From Ginglymostoma cirratum (lineage: Eukaryota): DNA of 64,000 nt. The notes under the pieces were generated by a model. The model saw only the letters and a list, made by a program, of their open reading frames with translations, made no database searches and had not been told where the DNA came from. The position numbers and the translations under genes were made by a program. How positions within the stretch are numbered: position 1 is the first letter of the stretch; every line of letters starts with the position of its first letter. Positions 26,331-38,363 of the stretch are shown here, piece by piece. The DNA is taken from contig JAHRHZ010000102.1 of assembly GCA_024137785.1 (NCBI GenBank), positions 1,048,220 to 1,112,219 on the forward strand, given 5' to 3'.

Positions 26331-27954
26331 GTCAACGAACATGAGCCCATATTGTTTCCAACTCAGCAGTTAGTTGCCCTTCATTGCTCCTATTGGTGAC
26401 ACTCGTTGAAGTCTCCACCATGAGGGGAATGACAACACCATCCTCTCTGCTTCTTCCAGTTCACACTCAAACTGGACGAGTATTTATACCTCAATCAAGA
26501 TAATGTGACATTGCAGCATCACACAAAAAGCAGTGTGTTGTCTCGTCCATTTCTTTCCTCAATTCAAGAGACATCATGCACTCAGGAGTCAACGTTGATC
26601 ACTGCTCTGGCAACTCTGGCTCAAATATTTAGGAATGTCTCGCTACCTCATGTGGATCTTGCAGCAGCTGGAATAGGACTTTTTAAAAAAATGCTTAAAT
26701 GAATGACTTTTCTTGTTTTGCAATGATCTAATTTGCATAAAGGCTGATAGCCAACATGGATACATTGGGATGTGTTCACAGAATTATGAGAAAATATAAA
26801 ACATGAAAATTTGTGGGAAATGTTAAATCTCCGTTATGAGGATCAAGGGATGTAGAAAACCAATGATACAATATGAGCAATTTCATTCGGTGTGAAGCAT
26901 TGGCACGAACAAAACTTTCCCTTCAGACACATCATGTTTCTTGTATTTTAGACTAGAATTAGATGAAAGGGATTCGCTGAGTCTCACAATCCGGAAAAAG
27001 CTTATAAACCATTGCATATTTTTACAACATCAGATTTTTATGATTGCTTATATTCTAATCATTTGTTCATGGATTATAGAGTTACTTTCAAATTTCTGTC
27101 ACTTCATAGATTTTTGGAGGCATGCCGAACCTGAGGACGTATGCGGTGGCAGCAGTTAATCTCAATGAACCAGTTTACTGAACAGCAGTGATGTAAAGGA
27201 CAGGGCAAATTATTTTTTGCATAATATTCTTGATTGAGAAATGCAGACGGACTAAATGCACAGTGAAATTCCTCTGCTTTTCATTTGTAATCCAATGGAA
27301 CTGTCAATTGTGTTACTGGCAAAATTTTCGAACAGTTACTGGTAATGGGATCAGAGTGTTCTTATTTCTTAGTTAATGATTATGCTCAAGATAGAGTGCA
27401 TGTTTCTGAGGAAGGAACCAACAGATCATGATCAATAAATGACAGAAAACAACAATAAGCTGCCATATTGAAGATTCTAGTGAAACATGCGGGAGTAAGT
27501 TTACACCTGTGGATACATTTGAGTAAATAATAATGTCTAATCAACAGAGTTTAACTTGCTCAACCAGACATTCTTTCCTACCTACACCTCTTCCGCAAAC
27601 TTTATGGCCTATTCTCCTGTCAGCAAAACGGCACCGACGGTTCTGTGATCTTTGGTTGTTTGGTGATGAACTATTCCCATGATGTCACCAGAGTGACCTG
27701 AATGAAAGGTGGGGAACCAATCACGACTAGACTGAAGACTTACCCATCAGTGAAAAACAAATAGAGAATGTACACTCTGATCAGCCAGTTAACCTTCAGC
27801 ATGTCAGAGCTGGAATGCAGCAAAATCTACGAGGAAGTTTGACACAGCAGGTCAGCCAAGAGCATTGGAATGCCACGTAAGTGTTTTGGGAACTGAGATA
27901 AATAGGACATCTGTAATTATCATGAATAGTTATCATGAACTGTTAGAAACAGTT

Positions 27955-30645
27955 CTCACAGAGTCAAAGAGGTTGGCAGTACAGAAAATAAACTTATCCT
28001 TTGCGCATCAAATTCACGCCTATTAAAAAAAATTACCTAACTATTCTAGTCCAATTTGCCAGCACTTGATTCATTATATATATGTCTAAATACTTCTTTT
28101 TTAAATGAGGGTTTCAGCCTCCACATGACTTACAGGCACTGAGCTCCAAATTCCACCACTGTCTAATTGATTTCTTCCCCTGATATACCATCTGAACCTC
28201 CTGCCCTTACCTTGTATCTATGCTCCTTAGGCACTTATCCCTCCATTAAGGGGAAATGTTTCTTCCAGTCTATCCTGTCTATACCCCTCGAAAGGCCATA
28301 CGTCTCAACCATGTCCTCCTTCAGTCTCCTCTGCTCCAAGGAAAAGCCCAGTCTATCCAATCTCATTTCACAACTCTTTCATAACTCTCAAACTCTCCAG
28401 TCTGCGCAACATCCTTGTAACTTTCCTCTGTGTCCTCTACAATGCAATCATTCCTCCCATAATGAGGATTACAGAACTGCACACAATACATTGGTATGGC
28501 CTAACTCACATCTTATTAAGTTCTCGTATCATCTCCCTACCCTTAAACTCAATGTCTCAGCTAGTAAAGGCAAATATACTATACAACTTATTAACCTCTT
28601 TATCCACCTGCCCCAGTACTTTAAGCGAATTGGTAGGCATGCATACTAAAGATCGTCAGTGCATCCCAGGGCCCCACCATTCATAAAGTAATACTTTGCC
28701 TTTTCTTCTGCCCAAGTGCATCACCTCACACTTATCCAGAACAACTTCTATTTGCCACTGATCAGCCCATCTGACCAACCCACCTATATCTTCCTGTAAT
28801 CTAAAGATATCATTCTTACTACTCACCAACTCAACAATATCCTTTTCATCTGTGAAATTACTGGCCACTGCTCCACATTCAAGTCTAAACCGTTTCTGTA
28901 TATTAGAAGCAACAAAGACATAGACACTGAACCCCGCAAAACACCACTAGCCACAGACTTCCAGTGGCACAAAAACCTTGTGACCATCATTCTCTGCCAG
29001 TTCTGTATGCAATTAGTCAAATTTACTCTGATCCCATTGGCTGTTATCTTTGCTATCATCTAAACACTTGGTAATCTCTTTGTAAAATCTCATCAATTTG
29101 GTTAGACATGACTTTACCTGAACAAAACTATGCCATGAATTTTTGATTAATCTTCCAAATGAAGACTAATTCTGTTCCTCAGCATTGCTTCCAATTGTTT
29201 CCCTACTACTGAGCTAGCTTGAGTGGGCTTGACTTTATCCCTTGATCCCGTGTGCAAACCAGTACTATATTGGCTAACCTACAGTCATTTAGCATATTTC
29301 CTGTGGCCAGAGAGCATTTCAGAATTGTTGCCAGCATCTCAACTATCTCCTCCTTTGCCTGGGATATATTTCATCTGCCCCTCAAAATTTAATCCTGCAA
29401 GAAAACACGAACATCCCATTGTCTACGCTGATTTGTCAAAATAAATCATGGTTCTTCTCGATGATTTCTATACCAATGTCAGCCCTCTTACTAGCAAACA
29501 CCAACACAACATATTGATTTAGAACACAACCTATATTCTCTAACTCCATGCAAGTAATACCACTTTAGCACTTAATTGGTCCGACTATTTCTTTAGTTAT
29601 ACATTCATCATTAATGACCTTGTAACATAATTTTTTTAGTCTGTGTTTTCCTTTATTTTTCCTGCCATTATTCTTTCATGCTCATTTTTTACTCTCCTAA
29701 TTTCCCATTTGTTAAACCTCCTCTTGCACGTTCTTCACTTCTTGAGAGCTTCTATTGTTTTCAGCCTTCAATATCCCTTTTCTCTTTATCTAACTCTGTA
29801 TGTTCTTTGATGTTCTGGTCTTGCTGCATGTTTGGTCCCACGCTGTGTCTTTATTGGAACATATCGTCCCTGTACTTTCCTAGATCCTTTATGAATATGT
29901 CCTACTACTCTGACTCAGATTGATCAGTAAGTGTCACCTCCCAGTCTACTCTGGTCAAAACGTACCTGATCTTATTCAAATTGGCCTTACCCAATTTCAG
30001 GATTTTGGTTCAGGCCCATTCCTATCCCTTTCCATAACAATTTTGAATCTAATGGATTTATAATTGCTGTCTGCAAAATACTCTCCATTGATATTTTAAA
30101 CACTTGGTTGGCTTCATTACCTAAATTTTATTCTAATTTCACCACTTTCTTTCAAGGTTTTCTGTGTACTGTATTAAAATGATCTCCTGGGTGTGCTTTT
30201 AGAATTATGCTCCCTCTAAACATTTGACATGATGAATGCTGCAGCCTACACTGAGGAATTTGAAAACCCCTATAATCATTACTCAATTAATTTACACTTC
30301 TTTGAAATTTGCCAACCTCTCTGCATTTTATATTTCTCTGAACTATTATGTGGCCTATAGTGCTCAACCAGCAATGTGTTTGCTTTAATTTGGTTTCTAA
30401 GGACTGTCTATTTGCCTTCATTTGAGGTAGTATCTATGATTTTATTCCTCTTTACTGCGGAAAATACCCTGATGAATATTGCAACAGCACCTCCCTCCCT
30501 CTTACATCTTTCTGTGTCTTGCCTTAAGGCCCTATATCTTGGAATATTGAACTGTCAATCCTACCCCTCTCCTAACTTGTTTCCTCGATATCAGGTCCAT
30601 AATCTGATCGTTTCTGCCCTCAACTCATTCACCTTGAAGGACTGA
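27955..30645 (-). mobile_element. Long decayed CR1 LINE
   Basis: Minus-strand RT remnants (LQEDIGGLVRWADQWQ..DKCEVMHLGR; SGVLRGSV). Confidence 0.8.
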
Positions 30646-32049
30646 CCTGTGGCTAACATGGTGGGTCAGTGGTTAGCACTGCTGCCTTACCCAGGTCCCT
30701 GGTGCTGTTCGATTCCACCCTCTAGTGACTGTCTGTGTGTAGTTTGCCCATTCTCTCTGCGTCTGTATGGGTTTCTTTCCACAATCACAAAGATGGGCAG
30801 GCTGGGTGGATTAGCCATTATATATGCAGGGTTACAGGGATAGTGTATGGGCGTGTGTCTGGGTGGGATGCTCTTCAGAGGGTTGTTGTAGGGCTTGATG
30901 TGCTGAATAACCCGCTTCTGCGCTGTAGGGATTCTGTGACTCCTTTCATTAAAACAAATACCATCCAACATTGCTATCTCCGTTTTGATTTAACTGGCCT
31001 ATAATTTCTATGCCTTCTTGACTCCATGCTATTTATTCTCATTTTGGCCCTTTATCACCCTGCTGATCTTTCTGGATCCCAGCTTCTGTAGTACCTGCAG
31101 AATTTTGATCCTTGTAATATCGAGGTTAATGTCTATTAACCAAAATGAACCTTGATGTCCAAAAACTCAAAGCTTTTGGTACCAAATACGTCAAATGATT
31201 TATATGATACATTTCCTTAAGGTCCATTGAACTCTTCTCCTAACTGAGTTCCAGTGAAGAAATCAGAAGCAGTACATTTGCAACCGTCATCTGTTCAATC
31301 ATTGACTTCCATCCAAAGTCAATCTACGTAACTTGGATGAAAAATGGACAATCCATAGATTCAGGCTTCCTCACCTCTCCCGTGGGTGAAGCAAATGGAA
31401 CTTCTCAGCAACCAGTCGGCTGAGAGACCCAGCTGGGTTCAACAATGCAGTCTACACTTGTCAGATCACTCATCAAGGGATTACTCAAAGTCAAAACATC
31501 ACTGGATCCCAGGGTCACAGACACAAACCAAGGTAATTAGAAATCATTCTGAACTTGGGTGTGAATCAAGTACACAAATTAATCAGTCTTAGTAAACAGC
31601 ATGGTGTAGTTTCTAGGTTACAATCATGCTGTGTATGTCTCACTTTGGATTAAGTGTTACATTAGCATTGCTCATAATTCCATATTTCAGCATATCTGAA
31701 AACCGAAGAAAATGCAGATGCTGTAAATCAGAAACAAAACCAGAATTTGTTGTTAAAGCTCATCAGGTCTGGCAGCATCTGTGGTTGTTGAGGAAGGATC
31801 ACTCGACCCTAAAAGTTAACTCTGATTTTTCTGCAAAGTTGCTGCTAGACCAGCTGAGCTTTTACAGCAATTTCTGTTTTTGTTGTTGTTGTTGATGATC
31901 AAAAAAACATGCTTCTCTCCAAGTTGAAGACATGTAGTCAGTAAGTTGGATTCACTATTTTTTAATCATTGTGTTATTTTTGCTTGGAGAATATTATTAT
32001 GTATTTGCTTACAATACAGAAACAGGGAAGTTATAATGTGAAATAAAGA

Positions 32050-34232
32050 GATAGCAGACTAATTGCATTCAACTACATACCTTGGTTCTTTCCTGACAAA
32101 AGATGACCTAAATAATATTTCTAAAAAGGTGGGGGACACATGAGAGGGAAGAACTGAAGGAAATCAGAATTATTGGGGAAATTGTGCGGGAAATTTATGG
32201 GATTAAAAGCCAACAAATCCCAGCACCTGGTAATATGCACCCCAGAGTACTTAACAAAGTGGCCCGAGATACAATGGATACTCGGGGCTGAAACTTAGTG
32301 CTTGAAGCTAAATAGACAAAATTGATGGTCATCTTCAAGATTCTGTAGACTCTGGAATAATTCCCATGGCTGGAAGGTCGTTAATGTAACCTCACTAAAA
32401 AAGGAAGTAGAGAGAAAACATGGAATTAATAGACTGGTTAGCCTAAAACTGGAAAACAGTGACAGGGGTATTAATAACTGCAGATGCTGGAGTCAGAGAT
32501 AGCACAGTGTGGAGCTGGAGGCACACAGCAGGCCAGACAGCATCAGAGGAGCAGGAAAGTTGACTTTTCGGGTCAGGACCCTTCTTCAAAAAAGTTCTGA
32601 AAAATTTTCTGGAGAAGAGTCCCAAACCAAAAAGTCAGCTTTCCTGCTCCTCTGATGCTGCCTGGCCTGCTGTGTGTCTCCAGCTCCACACTGTGTAAAA
32701 ACAGTGACAGGAGAGAATGGAGTCAGTCAGCATGGGTTTAAGAACACAACATTCAGAGTTGATAAAGAGGCAGTGAATGTGAATTACTTGGGCTTTGAGA
32801 AGGCATTCGAAAGGTTTTCACAGAAAAAAAATAGCATGTAGAATTAAATCAAATGGGATTGGGGATACTGTATTGATGCAGATACAGAACTAGCTGGTAG
32901 ACAGGAAACAAAGAGTCAGAATAAACAGGTCGTTGTTTTGAGTGACAGCCAGTAACCAGCGTTGCACCGCAGGCATCAGTGCTTGGACCCCAGTTATTCA
33001 CAACGTTTGTTAATGATTTAGATGAAGAGATTTAAATGTCATATCTCCAAACTTGTGGCTGACATGTGATGAAGAGGATTGATGAAGGCAGAGTGGTGGA
33101 GGATGTGGTCTATATGGACTTCAGAAATGCATTCTACAAGGTTCCACGTGGTAGAATGATTAGCAAAGTTAGCTCAGGTGGAATACAGGGAGAACCAACC
33201 ATTTGGATACATGGCTTAAAGGTAGGAGGCAGACTGTGGTGGTGTTGGGTTGCTTTTCAGAATGGAGACAAGAGATGTGCCGCAAGGATCAGTGCTAGGT
33301 CCATTGATTTCTGTCATTTATATAAATGATTTGGATACAAATATAGCAGGCATAGTTAGGAAGTTTAGACAGTGAAGAAACTTGTCTCACAGTATGACGG
33401 GACCTTGATCAGATGGGTTGAGGAGTGGCAGATGGAAATATGTAAATGTGAGGTGCTCTATATTGGTAGGGCAAATCAGGGCAGGACTTTTATACTTTAT
33501 GGTAAGATCCTGGGGAATGTTGCTGAAAAAGAAAAGACTGAGGGGTTGCAAGTTTATAGTTCCTTGAAAGTGAGGTCATGGGTGATAGGGTAGTGAAGAC
33601 GACATTTGGTACGCTTGCCTCTATAGGTCAGTGCATTGAGGAAAGGAGTTGGGAGGTCATGATGTGGCTGTACAGGAAATTGGTTAGGCCACTTTTCGAA
33701 TCCTGCATGCAGATCTGGTCTGTCTGCTTTAGGAAGGATGTTGTTAAACTTGAAAGGGTTCAGAAAAGATGTACAAGGATGTTGCCAGGGTTTAAGCTAT
33801 AGGAAAGGGCTGAACAGGCTGGGGCTATTTTTCCCTGGAGCGTTGCGACTGAGGGGTGACCTTACAGACGTTTATAAAATCATGAGGGGCATGGATAGGG
33901 TAAATAAACAAGGTCTTTTTCCTGGGATGGGGGAGTCCAAAACTAGACAGCATAGGTTTAAGGTGAAAGGGAAAGACTTAAAAGGGACTTGAGGTGCAAC
34001 TTTTTCAAACAGCAGGTAGTGTATGTATGGAATGAACTGCCAGAGGATGTGGTAGAGGATGGTACAAATACAACATTTAAAACGCATTGTGAATGAGTAC
34101 GTGAATAGGAATGGTTTCGATGGGCATGGTCCAAATGCTGGCAAATGGGACTAGATTTATTTAGGATATCTGGTCAGCAAGGATGGGTTGGACTGAAGGG
34201 TTTGTTTCTGTGCTGTATAACTGTATGCCTCT
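32050..34232 (+). mobile_element. Two abutting CR1 fragments (older 32050-33060, younger 33060-34232)
   Basis: DVVYMDFRNAFYKVP, LVRPLFE.C.Q.WS, LERVQKR and CR1 tail. Confidence 0.85.
32467..32696. mobile_element. Inverted-dimer Penelope-derived mini-element with two decayed hammerheads
   Basis: ~32493-32590 is the reverse complement of ~32605-32696; flanked by a 14-bp direct repeat AAAACAGTGACAGG. Confidence 0.8.
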
Positions 34233-34420
34233 AAAATACATTGTTTATGGCAATTTTATGTTAGAAAAATGTAACAATTGATTTTTGTTACAATGTTCTA
34301 GATTAGTCTTTGACATAAAACATTTTATACAAATATATCTGATATAAACCTGTGTAAGCTTAAATTCAGTCTTTTTTGTATTGAATTAATAAATATTGTA
34401 ATATTTTGAATATATGTGAT

Positions 34421-34672
34421 AATGTCACTGTGCTCACAATCCAAAACCCCAGGTTAATGTTCTGGGAACATGAGTTCAGTTTCCACCTCTGCAAGTGGTG
34501 AAATTTAAAATTGTGAAAATTGAAATTGTGTAAAACCCATCAGGTTCATGAAAGGAAATCTGCTGTTCTTACCTGGTTTGGGCTACATTTGACTTCAGAC
34601 CCACTTTTAACTGTCCCTCTCAGCAATTAGGGACAATAACATCCCGCACATCCTGTGAATGGATAAGAAAGA
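34421..34672 (+). mobile_element. tRNA-derived SINE sharing head and tail with the 14384-17262 LINE
   Basis: Matches 14400-14670, then jumps to the gcaattaggg...cacatcc tail; another copy at 59738-59975 (-). Confidence 0.7.
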
Positions 34673-36411
34673 ACATAAATTTGGCATTCTGATTGGAGCA
34701 GACAATGAAAAGGCTAGGACTTATGATGTCAGATTATCATAAATTTGTCGGTATTTATTTCTGCTGCAAGAAGTGGGTAATGTTTGTAATCCTCCCATGA
34801 AAGTGCATCCTGATCTATTGCCACTGTTTGAATCATTTGTCATTGAACTGCCCAGTGTGAGTTTTGCAATATTGTTTTTTGTCGTGTTACATTTTTCCTC
34901 AGTTTCGATGCACATCTTGTTATCAGCTGCAAACTTCAACATTGAGTTACTTGTTCTCAAATCTAAATATTCAAAGACAGAAGTTTCTCGAAAACACTCA
35001 GTACACCAGGAAGTAAGTGTGCAGAGAGAGAAAGAAAAACAGAGTGACTGTTTCAGATCTGTGAGCTTTCATCAGAACTGGGGAAGATCAAGTGTTGAAT
35101 AGGCCTCGAGTAAGGTGTGGGTGGGACCATGACAAAAGGAAGGTCTGCGATAGATTGGAAGACAGGAGAAATTCAAGAATATTAGAACATTAGTCCCTTA
35201 GAAAAGATGTGCTAGGAGCAGATATGCTGCTGACTGAAAGAAACAAATGAAACAAGCAAAGGTAAAGAAACAAAATGGGGACAGTGTTTCATTGCTGAAA
35301 TTATTGAACTCTACTGAGTCCAGAAGGGTATAAAGTGTGGAGGAAGGAAGTTGGGTAAGTCAAAGGATTGTCACATGGTCCTGGTTCGAACAGCAAATTG
35401 TAGATCAGAATGTGTGGGTCCAAAGTGGAGGTGATCACCGCCTCTCAGCCTGTCTTCCCTGGCCATGTCTGCACATTTGTAACCTTGGAGACAGAGCTTT
35501 CTGCGAAACTATTTGCCGATTTTGGCTTTTATTAGTTTGATTTTGTTCTCATATTTGGGGAAACAGGAGGAAAGAATGTTCTACCAAAAAAAGGCAAATA
35601 GTTTGTTCACTTCTGCGCCTTGCTACTTGTGATCCTCACACTGTCATTTCTTTTCACAGGTATTCGATGGAGATAATGTTCAGACTCGAAATAAACAACG
35701 AATCAATATCTGGAGAATGACTCTTCTTGGCTTGAAAAATCATGAGCCTTTGACTGTAGAGGAAGAAATGTTTTTTTCTGTGGAAGATGATTATTTGAAA
35801 ATTTTGATAGTTCAGATTAAGTGATCAGAGTGTGAGAATGTGAAACGATGGAATGTCTAACTGCCAAACTGGAAAGAACAGACAGTCCCACGGGGGTGGA
35901 GGGAAGAATGGGTGACAGAAAATGTATCAAGCAAAGCTAAACGAAAGGGAAGCAATGGGCTCACGATTTGGAGGTGTTGTACTCAATATTAAGTCTGGAA
36001 GAGATCGTTCTCTCTGGGGCTTGATCTGAACTATCAACATCCTTTCTCCTCCAGCACACCAACCCCTCAAACTCCAGCCCACCCACTCCTCCACACATCA
36101 CTTCAGCTCTGTTGAAGAGTTATCTAGACTCAATACGTTTGTTTGTTTTCGCTCAATGGATGCTGACTGACCTGCTGTGATCTCTAGCACTTTGTGTTTT
36201 CAGTTCTGATTCCAGCATCTACAGTAATTTGCTCCAACCCTAAGTCTTTATGACTGATATCAGAAAACGTTTTGGCTAAGCAGGGTGTCTTGGTAAAATC
36301 AGTGACGGCCCACATGTCCTGTGTGTCTGGATGGGGATCCTATTGCAACCACCCTCCGCCCCACTCTTTTCATCTACCTTCAAGAGACAGAGCTCCACAG
36401 GCTTCATGGGG

Positions 36412-36431
36412 ACTACAATTCCCACAATCCC
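36412..36431 (+). promoter_or_regulatory. ZNF143/STAF-type motif ACTACAATTCCCA in a CpG/E-box-rich patch
   Basis: Exact ACTACAATTCCCA with CACGTG E-boxes at ~36459, 36484 and 36608; upstream of a ZNF pseudogene. Confidence 0.55.
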
Positions 36432-37015
36432 TGTCGATGCTGGTCATGTGGCAGGCTCCACGTGGATGGGAAACCGGGATTCGCACGTGTTCAAGTTTTC
36501 TTTGGACCGGAACATGTCTCGTTAAATGATTGGTTCGTGATCACAACACCCTCTTTTTCTATTGACACAAATTTTCAATCGTCATGGGGTCATGGCAGCT
36601 ACTTCGCCACGTGGATCCGTGTTGCACTCCAATTCCGTCGTAATTCTGTAATGTGACTAACAGAAAGAGCTGGAGGACTGGATGCAAGCTTGACCTCCAG
36701 CTAATCAGAGCTCCCCTATTGTCTGAGCGCAAATGCGGGACAGTCCAGTGAAACTGTTGTTGCTACTCTGTCTGAAAGAAGATTGAGCTGAACTTAAGTT
36801 CTTCCTCTGACCATCACCTGTGTGCAAGCAATTTTTCCCAATTTCTTTTTTTAAAATTCTGGTGTTAAATTATTTACTTGCAGCGACTGAAAGGAAATGA
36901 AATGAACTCTGGGAGAGAGTCCAGGAAAAGAAATGGTGACCACTTAGATTTGGCTGTTCTGAATTTCTCACCGAATTTCTCATCTAATCGTGATGAATTT
37001 TATATCTCTTTTTAG

Positions 37016-38180
37016 ATTATGTTAAAAAGGCAAGACTTACCCAACAATTTCAAAACGACCATCACGTGAATAATTGGCATTTGAGTATCCTTCGCTTGAA
37101 ACCATAAATCCAGAATATTTGTCTATTCTATCTGCTTCAAAATATTTGAAACATCAGTTTGTCTGGAAAAGTACTGAGACATACACACCGAAGTGAGAGT
37201 TTTCTAGTGAACTGATATACCTTCATCCAATCTCCCAGCCTCAAGAAACATTGCACTGTTCACAGGAGGAAGAGACCATACCTGTGTTTCTGGGTGGACA
37301 AGGATTCAACTGACTGTAAAAATTACAGAGACAAAAAGCTGCACATGAAATGGAGAAACCATGGAAATGTGAGGACCGTGGGAAAGTATTTCATTCCCTG
37401 TCAATGTGAAATGTTAAAGGTTAATGTTTGTTCTGCTGACATGTAAGAAATTAAGTGCTAAGCTGCACTGTAGGTGCCTCTGTCTTGCAGACAAAATATG
37501 GTAATCTAATTATACTCTGCTGTCTGTAAATGTTGAACTAAGGCTAAAAAGATACGGAACTGTCTAGTTGTACACATTGTTTTTGTGCAGCTGACCATTG
37601 CTTCTAATGTTAGGTGATTAAGTCATGTACTATCACTGTAGCTAGGCATATGACTATGGGGAAGGAAAAAATTGTATCTTGCATACATGACTGACTGTGA
37701 TGTAAAATCCTATATAAAGGAAGGACGGTTCCCTTATTGGGGAGCATCACTTGACACGACTCCGCAAGCCCTGTGAAGATTTAAAGTGATCCTCTAGAAG
37801 CTTGTACTTGCTTAAATAAACTGTGGCTGTTCACAAAAGTCAGCGTATTGCATTTGTATCAAGTGTGTAGGAATCTCCTAAAAGGGAACTCCACAAACGC
37901 TGGACTTTCATCAACACAGTCGCAGCAGGGAAAGACCATTCACTTGTTCTGAGTGTGGGAACAGATTCCCTGATTCACCTGCTCTGCGGAAACAGCAGCG
38001 TGCTGCCACTGGAGAGAGGCCATTCACCTGCTCCGAGTATGGGAAGCGGTTCCGAGGTTCATCTACACTACAGAAACACCACCAGGTTCATACTGGGAGT
38101 AACTGTTTATCCGTTCTAAATGTGGGAAAGGATTCACTCAGTCATCCTGTCTGTGGAAGCATAAGAACGTTCACAAATGA
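37016..38180 (+). pseudogene. C2H2 zinc-finger pseudogene interrupted by a solo LTR
   Basis: EKPWKCEDRGK and [10 protein letters not shown] remnants with stops and frameshifts. Confidence 0.8.
37407..37895 (+). mobile_element. Solo LTR
   Basis: TG...CA ends, TATATAAA ~37711, AATAAA 37815, 4-bp TSD AATG/AACG; splits a zinc finger. Confidence 0.75.
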
Positions 38181-38363
38181 TCATAGGACTTGGATCCGCA
38201 GTTAATCTGCAATATTTGAGCTGCTAGACAGACCTACAACTTCCACCATCGAGAAGAACAAGTGCAACAGTTACATGGGACTGTTACCACCTGCATGCTC
38301 GTCTCCATATCACACACCATTCTCATTAACAGGATGTTATAAGAGGAAGATTTGCAGAGAGAA

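Noticed and set aside
27744-27802. Minus-strand leader-like mini-exon MLKVNWLIRVYILYLFFTD|gtaagt
   Set aside because: Phase-2 donor with no identifiable partner exon; may be chance.
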